64,000 nucleotides of DNA, taken from Minisyncoccia bacterium (lineage in GTDB: Bacteria; Patescibacteriota; Minisyncoccia; Moranbacterales; GCA-2747515). The notes under the pieces are model-generated. The model saw only the letters and a program-made list of their open reading frames with translations, searched no databases and was not told the DNA's origin. The stretch spans positions 1,404 through 65,403 of the forward strand of contig JBGSQF010000018.1 in the NCBI GenBank assembly GCA_041738235.1, written 5' to 3'. A program made the translations under genes and the position numbers. Below, piece by piece: positions 38,380 through 48,630 of this stretch (position 1 is the first letter of the stretch; each line of letters begins with the position of its first letter).

Positions 38380-38445
38380 ACCTCTTTTGTCTTAATTTGA
38401 ATTATAATGTACAATAATGGTATCAAATAGCATTAAATAAATCAA

Positions 38446-38658
38446 ATGGAAAAAGAGCCCAAAGAGAGTCAAAAGATACCGGAACTTCTCACTCTCAAAG
38501 AAGCGTGTGAGATTTTGAAGTGTCATCCCAATACCCTCCGGCAATGGGACAAAAAGGGCATCCTCCCGGCCATACGAATAGGGGAGCGGAAGGCGAGAAG
38601 ATACAAGAAAGATGCTATACTGAAAATGCTTGAAGGGGAAAATAATTTTCCAAAATAA
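38446..38658 (+). CDS. Excisionase-like/MerR-type HTH DNA-binding protein
   Basis: [33 protein letters not shown]...RRY. Confidence 0.85.
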   Translation: MEKEPKESQKIPELLTLKEACEILKCHPNTLRQWDKKGILPAIRIGERKARRYKKDAILKMLEGENNFPK

Positions 38659-38672
38659 ATTTTGAGAACACT

Positions 38673-40643
38673 ATGAATATCATCGAATTGCTCCCAAAGG
38701 TTGTTTCCGAAGGAAAAAGAGAAGCCAATCGAACACTGGAATCACTTTCCGATTCGACAAGGCTCATGCTCCAGACCAACGAACTTGTCATTCCGTCGCG
38801 CGATTCCAATTATCACGATTTATTTTCCGAGCTTTCGAAAGCGGGTCAATTGGAGATAAAAACCGAAAACCTTTCTGATGCATCGTGGAAAAATCGTCTT
38901 GTCTATGGGGACAATTTGCTCGTGATGCAGGCGCTTCTCGCGGGAGACCAGGAAACAGGGATGCCGAGTATGCGGGGGCAAATTGATCTCATCTACATTG
39001 ACCCGCCATTTGACAGCAAGGCGGACTACCGAACAAAGGTAGAAATCCCAGGGGCAACACTCGACCAAAAGCCGACCGTCCTCGAACAATTTGCGTATGC
39101 CGATACGTGGGCGGGAGAGGTTAGTGGACAGCAGGTCAAGGGGACACTCGCATATCTGAAGTATCTCTATCCGCGCCTGGTGTTGATGCGGGAACTTCTC
39201 TCGGACAAGGGGTCAATCTATGTGCATCTCGATTGGCACGTCGGGCATTATGTGAAAATTATATTAGATGATATTTTTGGAAAGGATAATTTTAGGAATG
39301 AAATTATTTGGAAGTACACAGGAAGTAGAGCTCCGGATAAGGATTTTGCGAAAAAACACGACACTATATTTAGGTATTCAAAATCAGAAAATCGTAAGTT
39401 TTTCCCAATCTACACTGCGTATTCTGAGGGAACTATAGCGAGATTCAATCAAGAAGATGAGGACGGAAGATTCAAAATTACCTATCGCGACGGCAAGGAG
39501 TACAAAACTTATATGAAGGAGGGTAAGCCCCTTGAGGATGTTTGGATTATTGAACCTGAAAATTTGGATATTGAAGATATTTCAATATTGATGAAGAATG
39601 CAAAAGAAAATACAGACTACAATACACAGAAGCCATCCTTACTAATTGAGAGACTGATAAAATCAGCAACTGAAGAAGGGGATGTTGTCGCAGACTTCTT
39701 TATGGGCTCTGGGACAACTATGGCTGTTGCTGAGAGTTTGAAGAGAAAATGGATTGCTTCTGATATAGGAAAACCTGCAATAATGGTTTCTCGCAAGCGT
39801 TTGATTGATCAGGGGGCAAAGCCGTTTCTCGCGCAGTCCATCGGGGACTACCAGAAAGAACAGCTTCTCCAGACGATGGGGAGCAAATACCGCATCGGCG
39901 ATTTGGCGCAGGTGGTACTGGGACTTTTTGGCGGTTTGCCGTTTCCCGCGGAAGACAATCCGAACAAAAACCTTGGGTATCTCCCGCGCACCAAGCACCT
40001 CATTTACGTCGATTCGCCGAACAAGCTTTGTGGACTCTCGACGCTGAAACGGGCTCAGCAATTTCGGGAATCGCATCTCGGCGGATGGGACAAGGTGGTT
40101 GTGCTCGCGTGGAATTTCGTCTCTGATATCGGACAAATTATCGGGAGCCTGGGGGACAACCGTTTGGAAGTTCTCGTCATTCCTCCGGACTTGCTGGATA
40201 AGCTTTCGAGCAAATCGAACTATGACAAACTCGTAAAATCCGGTGCGGTGCGTTTTTCTTCTTTGCAGTATTTGACCATAAAAGAACCGACCGTTTCCGA
40301 TATCGATGGCGAAGACGAGATTTGTGTCGAGCTGGACAATTATATGCTCCTCTCTCCCGATTCTTTACCTCTTGACGATGCGAACAAAGCGAAATTGCAG
40401 GAAGTTGTTGCAAAAAATCCGCTCGACCTTATCGAATATTGGAGTGTCGATCCCGATTATGACGGAGAGATTTTTCGCAGTGTCTGGCAGGATTATCGGG
40501 GAAATACCGAAAACGACGACGATCCGCTTCGCGTGGTGAAAACAGCGACGATTCGCGTCCCGAAAAAAGAGGGTGTGCGAAAGATATGCGTCAAGGCGGT
40601 GGATGTTTTCGGTTGGGAATCGGAGGTGGTGCGGGAAGTATAA
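38673..40643 (+). CDS. mod: Type III R-M methyltransferase subunit
   Basis: [11 protein letters not shown] (motif IV), [15 protein letters not shown] (motif I). Confidence 0.9.
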   Translation: MNIIELLPKVVSEGKREANRTLESLSDSTRLMLQTNELVIPSRDSNYHDLFSELSKAGQLEIKTENLSDASWKNRLVYGDNLLVMQALLAGDQETGMPSMRGQIDLIYIDPPFDSKADYRTKVEIPGATLDQKPTVLEQFAYADTWAGEVSGQQVKGTLAYLKYLYPRLVLMRELLSDKGSIYVHLDWHVGHYVKIILDDIFGKDNFRNEIIWKYTGSRAPDKDFAKKHDTIFRYSKSENRKFFPIYTAYSEGTIARFNQEDEDGRFKITYRDGKEYKTYMKEGKPLEDVWIIEPENLDIEDISILMKNAKENTDYNTQKPSLLIERLIKSATEEGDVVADFFMGSGTTMAVAESLKRKWIASDIGKPAIMVSRKRLIDQGAKPFLAQSIGDYQKEQLLQTMGSKYRIGDLAQVVLGLFGGLPFPAEDNPNKNLGYLPRTKHLIYVDSPNKLCGLSTLKRAQQFRESHLGGWDKVVVLAWNFVSDIGQIIGSLGDNRLEVLVIPPDLLDKLSSKSNYDKLVKSGAVRFSSLQYLTIKEPTVSDIDGEDEICVELDNYMLLSPDSLPLDDANKAKLQEVVAKNPLDLIEYWSVDPDYDGEIFRSVWQDYRGNTENDDDPLRVVKTATIRVPKKEGVRKICVKAVDVFGWESEVVREV

Positions 40644-40654
40644 TTTTGGAGCGT

Positions 40655-42295
40655 ATGACATTTGACGAATTGAAACAATTTATTGCCCATCGCGAATCCG
40701 AAAGGCTTGAACTTAAGGAATGGAGGAGTTCATTTTCGATTCTCGGTGAGGGAAAGTTTGAAAATCGGAAATGTTTGCTTGGGTACTGCGTTGCGCTTGG
40801 CAATGAGGGTGGAGGATACGTGCTTATCGGGGTGAAGAATGACGGAACGATTGTTGGTACGAGCGCGGTGTTGCCGGATGATGTAAAGAAGCAAATATAT
40901 GACAGAACCGGACAAAAAATAGAAATCGAAGAAATTTTTGATGGGAGTAAACGAGTGCTTGCGGTGAGTATTCCTTCGAGACCAATGGGAACTCCTCTAA
41001 AATTTGCCGAAGTGCCTTTGATGAGGGTAGGTGATTCGCTGGAACCAATGAGCGACGCGGAGCAAACGCGGATTCTTCTTGAGGGGCAGGATGATTTTTC
41101 GGTGCGGATATGCGAAGCGTCGTCGATGGAAAGTGTCGATGGGGATGCCTTACGGAAATTGCGTGAACTGCGTGTCGAGAAGCAATCGGATATTGATGGG
41201 GCGGTCGAAGGGCTTTCCGACGAGCGTTTTTTGACAGATATTGCTCTGATGCGTAACGGGAAACTGACATACGCGGGAGTTATTCTGATCGCGAAAAAAG
41301 AGTTTCTCGATTGGAATTTCGGAGATGTTGAAATTTGTTTCGAGTACCGCAATCGTTTTGGTGACGAACAGTCAAGAAATGATCGCGTGAATTACCGCGA
41401 GCCGTTCGTACTGGCATACGAGAAGATCTGGGAAAAGGTGGTCTCCCGTCAACAAACGCATTCTTTCGTTTCAGGCTTGCTTCGTGAGGAGATTCCGGCG
41501 TTCGATCGGGATGTTTTTCGGGAGGCGTTATTTAATGCCGTGTGTCATCGAGATTATTCTCAAAAAGGATCGGTTGTTATTATCCAATCGCCCGAAGGTA
41601 TAGAAATTACGAACCCGGGAGGATTCCCGCCGGGGGTTACACAAGAAAACATCATTGATGTCGCAAGCACCCCGCGCAATCGATTATTGGCGGAGAGGTT
41701 TGAGAAGATTTTACCGGGTGTCGAACGGTCCGGTTGGGGCGTGGACAGGATTTTTCGTTATACGATTCAACAGGGAAAAGGTCGTCCCGATTATTCGGGA
41801 AGTACCGGGTATTTTGTCCGTCTTTTTATTCCGGCGATACTCAAGGATGCGCAATTCGTTCAGTATCTCAAAAAGATTGCCGATAGAAAACAAAAGTTGC
41901 TGTCGATCGAAGACCTTCTCTTATTGGAAAAAATACGCGCCGGGGAAAAAACCGGAATCACGTTGAAAACAGTCGGGCATCTTCTGGAGGAAGGATTTAT
42001 AGAACTGTATGGAAAAACACGCGGGGCGCGGTACGTGCTTTCGCACAGGTATTATGCCGATACGGGGAAACTGGGTGAACGAACGCGAAGAATTGGTCTT
42101 TCACGGGATAAGCGCAAGGAGTTAATCTTGGAGCACATACGAAAGCATGGGGAGGGGAGGATGTCGGAATTTATGCAGATCTTTCCGGAATTGAAACGAT
42201 ATGAGATTGGTAATATGCTTATGGAGCTCAAAAAAGATAATAAGATTGAAAAATCCGGGGTGACGGCAAATGCATTATGGAAAATAGTTGTATAA
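40655..42295 (+). CDS. Schlafen/AlbA_2 domain fused to RecG_C/HATPase-like domain and HTH
   Basis: ESERLELKE...ALGNEGGGYVLIGVKNDG; REALFNAVCHRDY...NPGGF...PRN.LLA...VERSGWGV. Confidence 0.85.
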   Translation: MTFDELKQFIAHRESERLELKEWRSSFSILGEGKFENRKCLLGYCVALGNEGGGYVLIGVKNDGTIVGTSAVLPDDVKKQIYDRTGQKIEIEEIFDGSKRVLAVSIPSRPMGTPLKFAEVPLMRVGDSLEPMSDAEQTRILLEGQDDFSVRICEASSMESVDGDALRKLRELRVEKQSDIDGAVEGLSDERFLTDIALMRNGKLTYAGVILIAKKEFLDWNFGDVEICFEYRNRFGDEQSRNDRVNYREPFVLAYEKIWEKVVSRQQTHSFVSGLLREEIPAFDRDVFREALFNAVCHRDYSQKGSVVIIQSPEGIEITNPGGFPPGVTQENIIDVASTPRNRLLAERFEKILPGVERSGWGVDRIFRYTIQQGKGRPDYSGSTGYFVRLFIPAILKDAQFVQYLKKIADRKQKLLSIEDLLLLEKIRAGEKTGITLKTVGHLLEEGFIELYGKTRGARYVLSHRYYADTGKLGERTRRIGLSRDKRKELILEHIRKHGEGRMSEFMQIFPELKRYEIGNMLMELKKDNKIEKSGVTANALWKIVV

Positions 42296-42394
42296 AAGTT
42301 GTATTATTATTTTCTTGATAAATGCTTTATAAAAAGCATAAAATATACATTTCTTATATAAAACCCCCTTTTTATTAAATGATTATTTTTGAAT

Positions 42395-45274
42395 ATGGCG
42401 AATTCATCACCTCTCCAATTTGCAAAGGATATTTCCGCAAAGGCCAATAATGCCTGGCTTTCCGGTGAGTATCTTGAGCGGGTTACCCCAACGACAAGAC
42501 AGCTTTTGACGTATTGGTTTGGCGACCAATACTGCGAAAATCGAGGATTGAATTTTCACGAGGGACAACGACAGGCAATTCTGAATATCATTTATTTGCA
42601 CGGGGTGCTCAAGACAAAAAATATCTTCGACGCGTATGAGCAAATTGCGCCGGATCTTTTGCTTCGAAGTGAAGGGGGACTTGCCGAAATATCGAAAACA
42701 AAATACAGTCATCCGAAATATGCGATAAAGATGGCAACGGGAACGGGCAAGACCTGGGTGCTTTCGGCAACACTGATTTGGCAGTATCTCAATGCCAAAC
42801 ATGAAGAGGGGAACTTTACGAAAAACTTTCTTATAGTCGCTCCCGGGCTTATAGTATACGAACGACTTCTTGATGCATTCCTTGGTAAAGAGCGCGAGGG
42901 GAGTGATGGAAGGGATTTTGAATCTTCCGATATTTTTCATACACAGGATCTTTTTTTGCCGGAATCGTACCGAGAAGAGATTTTTGGTTTTTTCAAATCA
43001 TCGGTCGTTGTCAAAGAAGAAATCGGCAGTAAGGTTACCGGTGACGGCCTGGTCGCCGTGACGAACTGGCACCTCCTCGCGGGCGTTGCCGAAGATGCCT
43101 CGGAAGAAATTGAATCGCCCGGCGAAATCGACCCTGTGAGCATGATGAAATCAATTCTCCCGACTCGCCCAAGCGCCAGTGCGGGCAATGATTTGAATGT
43201 GCTTGATAATTCGTATGGACAGGGAAAAGAACTCGCATATCTTCGTGATCTGCCTGATTTGATGGTATTTAATGATGAGGCACATCATTTGGCGTCGAAC
43301 AAAAAAGAAGAAAAGCATTGGCAGAAAAGTTTGTCGCATATTGCTGAAACAAAAGGTGAACATTTCGTTCAAGTAGATTTTTCAGCCACTCCGTACGACC
43401 AGATAGGAAAGAATAAAGTATATTTTCCTCATATTATCGTTGATTTTGAGCTGAAGACAGCGATTCAAAAGGGGTATGTGAAGACGCTCGTTCTTGACCG
43501 AAGGAAGGAAATTGCATCGATGGAGCTTGATTTTAGAGCAGAACGAGATGAGAGTGGAAAGGTTATCGGACTTTCCGAAGGACAGCGTGTGATGCTTCGT
43601 GCGGGTTTGAAAAAACTCCAAATTCTTGAGGCGGATTTTGAGAAGATTGCGCCAGAACGAGACAAGTACCCGAAGATGATGATTGTTTGTGAAGATACGA
43701 AGGTGGCGCCATTTGTCAGTGAATTTCTGGTGCACGAAGGATTGTCAGAGGGGGATGTACTTGAAATTCACTCTGATAAAAAAGGAAATGTAACAAAGGA
43801 AGCGTGGTTGGAAATTAAAAATAAACTGTTTCATTTGGATGAGCACAAGTCTCCAAAAGTTATTGTTTCGGTGCTTATGCTCCGCGAAGGTTTTGATGTG
43901 AATAATATCTGCGTCATTGTTCCGCTCCGTTCCTCGCAGGCTCCTATCCTTCTTGAGCAGACAATTGGGCGGGGGTTGCGTCAAATGTGGCGTGAGTCGG
44001 AGTTTAAGGAAATGAAAGAAGAGAATAGGAGGAGAATGCTTGTGGAAAAAACGAGTCCGCAGAATTACTTTGATATTTTGAGTATTATTGAACATCCATC
44101 TTTTGTCGGTTTTTACGATGAGCTCATGCAGGATGATATGGCTGGCATGGATGACACGGATATTATTGAGGGAGAGGATGTTACTGGGGATATTATCTCG
44201 GTTGGTTTGCGACCCGGATATGAGCAATACGATTTTATGTTTCCTGTAATAGTGAGCGAGGCGGAAGAAGTCATAAAAGAAAAGAAACTCTCTGTTGATG
44301 ATCTTAGCCCCTTTCAGAATGCGAGCTTCGAACAACTTAAGAAGATGGTGAAAGCGGGAGAACAATTTGTATCGCAAGAGATGACGAAAGGCACTCGATT
44401 CGGAGATTATAGTGTGAGTGGTGGAATAATGACCGCTACAAGTTATAACGAGTTTGTTTCCAGGCTCGTCAACCGTGTGACGGTGTTACTCTCGGAACCT
44501 GTTTCCGGACGACATCTCAAGGAGCAAACAAAATTTCCGGCAATCCAAGTAAAACTTCCGGAGCTTGCCGGTTTGGTGGACGGGTATATTCGAAGAAGAC
44601 TCTTTAATCAGGAGGTTGATCCATTTATTGATGAAAATTGGCGAATTTTAATGGTCAATTTGGTTGCAGACCATATCATCCGTGAGGTATCAACTGCCAT
44701 CCTAAAGCTTCAAGAAACGGAGTCAATAAGTGAGCCGGAAGTGATAGAGCGTAAGGTTTCTGAAGTAGCATCACTTCGGATGCGCGAGAGTTATTCATTT
44801 CCGACAAGTAAATCTGTCTATGAGAGGCTCCCATATCCGTCTCGAAATGGTGGTCTGGAGAAAGGTTTTATCGAATATGCGGATTCAGATGCAACAGTAG
44901 AGTCTTTTGTAAAGCTCCTTGTAGAAAAGCATTATTTCATTCGTTTTCGATATCTGAAAGAGGATGGGCTTATGGCGCAATATTACCCTGATTTTTTAGT
45001 GAGATGCAATAATGGAAAAATCTATATTGTAGAAACGAAAGCGCAAGATCAAATCAGTCACCCGAACGTACAGAAAAAACAGATTTCCGCACTCAATTGG
45101 ATTGACCGGGTAAACGCCCTTCCTTCTGAGATGCGAAGGAATGCTACTTGGGAGTATGTACTTATCGGAGACACATTCTTCAATGATTGGAGAAATAAGG
45201 GTGCATCTATTGTTGAAATGCTGGAGTTTGCAAAATTGAGAGCGGTACAGAGAGGCCAATCAAAATTGTTATAG
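42395..45274 (+). CDS. res: Type III R-M restriction subunit (SF2 helicase-nuclease)
   Basis: MATGTGKT, NDEAHH, FSATP, LREGFD, QTIGRGLR; YYPDFLV...IVETKA nuclease motif. Confidence 0.9.
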   Translation: MANSSPLQFAKDISAKANNAWLSGEYLERVTPTTRQLLTYWFGDQYCENRGLNFHEGQRQAILNIIYLHGVLKTKNIFDAYEQIAPDLLLRSEGGLAEISKTKYSHPKYAIKMATGTGKTWVLSATLIWQYLNAKHEEGNFTKNFLIVAPGLIVYERLLDAFLGKEREGSDGRDFESSDIFHTQDLFLPESYREEIFGFFKSSVVVKEEIGSKVTGDGLVAVTNWHLLAGVAEDASEEIESPGEIDPVSMMKSILPTRPSASAGNDLNVLDNSYGQGKELAYLRDLPDLMVFNDEAHHLASNKKEEKHWQKSLSHIAETKGEHFVQVDFSATPYDQIGKNKVYFPHIIVDFELKTAIQKGYVKTLVLDRRKEIASMELDFRAERDESGKVIGLSEGQRVMLRAGLKKLQILEADFEKIAPERDKYPKMMIVCEDTKVAPFVSEFLVHEGLSEGDVLEIHSDKKGNVTKEAWLEIKNKLFHLDEHKSPKVIVSVLMLREGFDVNNICVIVPLRSSQAPILLEQTIGRGLRQMWRESEFKEMKEENRRRMLVEKTSPQNYFDILSIIEHPSFVGFYDELMQDDMAGMDDTDIIEGEDVTGDIISVGLRPGYEQYDFMFPVIVSEAEEVIKEKKLSVDDLSPFQNASFEQLKKMVKAGEQFVSQEMTKGTRFGDYSVSGGIMTATSYNEFVSRLVNRVTVLLSEPVSGRHLKEQTKFPAIQVKLPELAGLVDGYIRRRLFNQEVDPFIDENWRILMVNLVADHIIREVSTAILKLQETESISEPEVIERKVSEVASLRMRESYSFPTSKSVYERLPYPSRNGGLEKGFIEYADSDATVESFVKLLVEKHYFIRFRYLKEDGLMAQYYPDFLVRCNNGKIYIVETKAQDQISHPNVQKKQISALNWIDRVNALPSEMRRNATWEYVLIGDTFFNDWRNKGASIVEMLEFAKLRAVQRGQSKLL

Positions 45275-45389
45275 ATATTAAAAATAGTGAGTGAGAGGGT
45301 GGGGTGTTTTGCGAAAAGAAGGGGTGTATTTTTGATTGTATATTAAAAATAGTGTATTCTTTGTAAGAGCTTGTGAAGCATAATAGATA

Positions 45390-45893
45390 ATGCTCAAGAG
45401 TTTAATTCCTAATCTTAAAAATATGGATATTCAAACAAAAGTTGGAGTTATAGTAACAAACGAGAGGGGGGATATTCTTCTTATTAAGGAAAAGCTGGAG
45501 AAGAAACCGGTCTCTCTTTGGAATATCATTAAGGGGTCATATCAGGGAGGAGAGAGTGTCATGCAGGCAGCAATAAGAGAATGCACGGAAGAGGCTTCTG
45601 TGGACGTGGATCTTTTGTTTTCTTTGGGAACATATATTGCAGAAGAGCCGGGTAAAATCAGGGTGCAGTTTAATTTTTTAGCTCGATCTAAATCTGACAT
45701 CATTGCTCTGGCGTCGGAAAAAGATCAACAGTCAAGAGGTGAGGCGATCGAAGATGCTCGCTGGCTTACAAGGGAAGATGTAGAGAAAATTGGAAAAGAA
45801 GAATTTGCTTCATTAAGAGCATATCAGCTTGTTCAGGACTGGTTGTCTGGAAAAGAGTTTCCTATAGATTCTGTTCAACAGGTTGCCATGTAG
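45390..45893 (+). CDS. NUDIX hydrolase
   Basis: KGSYQGGES...AAIRECTEEAS NUDIX box. Confidence 0.85.
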   Translation: MLKSLIPNLKNMDIQTKVGVIVTNERGDILLIKEKLEKKPVSLWNIIKGSYQGGESVMQAAIRECTEEASVDVDLLFSLGTYIAEEPGKIRVQFNFLARSKSDIIALASEKDQQSRGEAIEDARWLTREDVEKIGKEEFASLRAYQLVQDWLSGKEFPIDSVQQVAM

Positions 45894-45961
45894 AAGAAGA
45901 CAAATAACCAAAAGAAAAAGAGTCATGTTGATGACTCTTTTTAATTATGCCCTCCTAAATA

Positions 45962-46786
45962 TTAGGGACGGCTTATTCTGAGTATGAGTGTTTTGTGAAG
46001 CCTGTTTCCGTTGGCATCTTGTAGGAAGGAGTATCCGGGGTACATCCTCTTGATCCAAGGGATGTTTTCCTCGGTCTTTCCTCCTGGTCGGATGGTTTGG
46101 CTGTGCCTCGAAATAACCTCCATTCGAAGTCCAAGGGACTGGATTAGCTCGGCTAGCGGCACCCTTCCCAAGTCTTGGTCAATGCCAAGAAAGTCGAAAC
46201 ACAATAGAATGAGCTGCCCATGTCGCGCAAGCAGTCTCTGACTATGTCGGATAATGCCTTTGATATACGCTCTTCCATCCTCGCTTCCTCCATAGTCATG
46301 CGGATGTCCTCTTGTGGGCATGGGCATTTGGGGGGGGTTGCTGACGATCGTGTCGAAGGATTTCCGTACTAGATCCTTAGGAACAAGATCACAGCACACC
46401 CAGGAGATACCCCGTGCTTTATTTGATGCAGTTCTTGCCCAGGACAGGGAGCTCTGATCAATGTCTGTCGCGGTTATATGGGTGGCTCCAAGCGCGATCA
46501 AGCAGTTCGCCAGAAATCCCGATTCTCCCGTTCCGATGTCTAGTGCGCGACTTCCAATGTCTAATTTCTTTAGTTCCTGAGCGATTAGGAATCCGCTTTT
46601 TGGAACGTAGCCACCGTTCCTTATATTTATGCGTAACCCAAGCTCTTTGGACGTAAGGAGAAAGGGACTCCCTACAAATTGGTGGAGAATAAAGCCCTCA
46701 GAGGGAACGGACTTGGCGTACAAGTTCGTTGAACCGCTCATATTCTCCAAGGCCTTTGATTGCCATAACGGTTGAGGAGTAGCCAT
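45962..46786 (-). CDS. Class I SAM-dependent methyltransferase (HemK-like, NPPQ)
   Basis: ALDIGTGESG, ATDID, IVSNPPQMP, YGG..DGR; start uncertain. Confidence 0.85.
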   Translation of the reverse strand: MATPQPLWQSKALENMSGSTNLYAKSVPSEGFILHQFVGSPFLLTSKELGLRINIRNGGYVPKSGFLIAQELKKLDIGSRALDIGTGESGFLANCLIALGATHITATDIDQSSLSWARTASNKARGISWVCCDLVPKDLVRKSFDTIVSNPPQMPMPTRGHPHDYGGSEDGRAYIKGIIRHSQRLLARHGQLILLCFDFLGIDQDLGRVPLAELIQSLGLRMEVISRHSQTIRPGGKTEENIPWIKRMYPGYSFLQDANGNRLHKTLILRISRP

Positions 46787-47582
46787 AGGGACCTCTTTTG
46801 GCGCTAATTAGGTCGAGAGGCTCCATGGGGAAGAAATATGTACTGTGGATACGAAACGGTGTTGCAATGAAGACCATCAGATCTTCTGCCCACCGTAAGT
46901 TATCCATGGAGTAACAAGGTCTTTCCCCATAGAGGGTTTTTAGGAGGGCAAGCTTTCTTTTTGACGCAATGAGGTTGGTCGGCATGTATCCGGATATATC
47001 ATCCTTGACAATATCCTTAAACAAATCCCGACTCTCTTGCCTAGTTATAAAGCATGAGAACTCCTCCCGGGAATAGTTTCTGGCATAGCGAGCGAACGCG
47101 GATGCACTGATAGGGCAATCCCTTATTTCAAGATCGCGTTCAAAATCTACAAGCCAGATAGTGTCTTCATGCTCGCTCCAGATCATGTTTCTTGGGGCAA
47201 AGTCTCCCCATAGAAAACCATGCGTCCTGAATGTGTGGAGTATGTCCCCAATCAAATGAAGCATGGAGTGTCTTTCTGTTCCAATAGACTCTCTGAGCAT
47301 TGCCTCGAGGTTTTTGCCGGTATGTAGGAGTGTGGAAAGCGCCCCCCATGTCTCATCCCACCCACATATCTCTACAACCTGCACACGAATGGTACCATGT
47401 GGCGCAAACTCGATCTCCATAGGATGCTTATTGAGGTGTTCGTGGGCAGAAAGAATATTCCTATATTCCTTGCCACATGTTGATTTCTTGACGGTCATCC
47501 TACCGTCAGGTGTAACCGATATTTCAATCCGATTAGAATCGAATGATAGGACATTGGGCATGGTTTTCTCCTGCCGGTGCAA
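46698..47582 (-). CDS. Protein-kinase-like phosphotransferase
   Basis: TVKK, WGDFAPRNMIW catalytic loop, LVDFE Mg-binding motif. Confidence 0.75.
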   Translation of the reverse strand: MHRQEKTMPNVLSFDSNRIEISVTPDGRMTVKKSTCGKEYRNILSAHEHLNKHPMEIEFAPHGTIRVQVVEICGWDETWGALSTLLHTGKNLEAMLRESIGTERHSMLHLIGDILHTFRTHGFLWGDFAPRNMIWSEHEDTIWLVDFERDLEIRDCPISASAFARYARNYSREEFSCFITRQESRDLFKDIVKDDISGYMPTNLIASKRKLALLKTLYGERPCYSMDNLRWAEDLMVFIATPFRIHSTYFFPMEPLDLISAKRGPYGYSSTVMAIKGLGEYERFNELVRQVRSL

Positions 47583-47587
47583 TGAAG

Positions 47588-48463
47588 TTACAGGGCATAT
47601 CCCAATTTTCTGTACGCCTCAGCAAGGTCTTTCTGTGCAAAAAGGTCTTTTTCTTGTTGAGTAAGACCATCTTGCCAGGTGATGTCTTGACGTATTTCTT
47701 GATTGGAATCGTACATCATGTGGTTTCCCATGAGGAGATGACCCTTATTCCTCTTAAACTCCAACATAGCAGGATCAAAGCGGATGTCGATAAAGTCGCA
47801 TATCCGCGATAATTCTCCAGCTACATCTTTGCAAAGATCCTCGTATCGGACAAGCAATACGTTTTCTTGCAGGGTCATTTCTGCAGCCTGTCTTGCAAAA
47901 GACAAGAGGATTCCCATTTTGTCTTTTACTGGTCGAGGAACCCCTTTTCTCTCCCCAGCATTCCTATTGCTAAATGAAATCCCCCTTGGATCTCGAGTAA
48001 GCAGTAGGATTTTCCAACCATTTCTAGATAGTAGTTGTTCGGCTATCGTTAAGTATTTTGAGTTTTCAACGATAACTCGCGTCCCAAAGACTTCTTGGGC
48101 AACTGACGAGATCACCTCAAGTCCTAAACAGCATTGCTTGAGGACTTGCTCCAACATGGGCAAGCTTGGTTGTTCAGCGGATAGGCTGAGCTGGTGCCGG
48201 ATCTTTCCTGGCTCTGCCAGAACATCAAGCATGCCACATGCTTGATGTATGGCAAGAATTTCGTCTGGGAAGTAGGACAGTTTTCTTTGTATGGAGTACA
48301 GTACTTCGCATCCAACAGTGCCACAGCAACATCTTGAAGCTGAAGCATCAATCATCGACCAATAGGCGGATTCGCCCATATGGGTTACGTTTTTATGCGC
48401 ACCAAGCATCATGCCAAGGAGTGTTGACCCAGACCTTGGGAGTGTTGCTATGTAGGCTTTCAT
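47588..48463 (-). CDS. PAPS-dependent sulfotransferase
   Basis: PRSGSTLL (5'-PSB), MGE, LTRDPR...S (3'-PB), VRYEDLC. Confidence 0.88.
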   Translation of the reverse strand: MKAYIATLPRSGSTLLGMMLGAHKNVTHMGESAYWSMIDASASRCCCGTVGCEVLYSIQRKLSYFPDEILAIHQACGMLDVLAEPGKIRHQLSLSAEQPSLPMLEQVLKQCCLGLEVISSVAQEVFGTRVIVENSKYLTIAEQLLSRNGWKILLLTRDPRGISFSNRNAGERKGVPRPVKDKMGILLSFARQAAEMTLQENVLLVRYEDLCKDVAGELSRICDFIDIRFDPAMLEFKRNKGHLLMGNHMMYDSNQEIRQDITWQDGLTQQEKDLFAQKDLAEAYRKLGYAL

Positions 48464-48504
48464 CGAGTTTAACCTCTTGATAGATTGTAAAAGAACAGCT
48501 GTGA

Positions 48505-48533
48505 ATAATACTAACTATTGTGGCAGTTGTCAA
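48505..48533 (-). promoter_or_regulatory. Promoter of the sulfotransferase operon
   Basis: TTGACA-17-TATTAT on the minus strand. Confidence 0.7.
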
Positions 48534-48630
48534 TAGTGGGCTCTTGCAAAATTTACCATTTTATGCTAATTGTTTCTTACAGTTCTTTTAAGCCAATCCA
48601 TCAAACCCAATATGTGCGAGGTTCTGTTTC

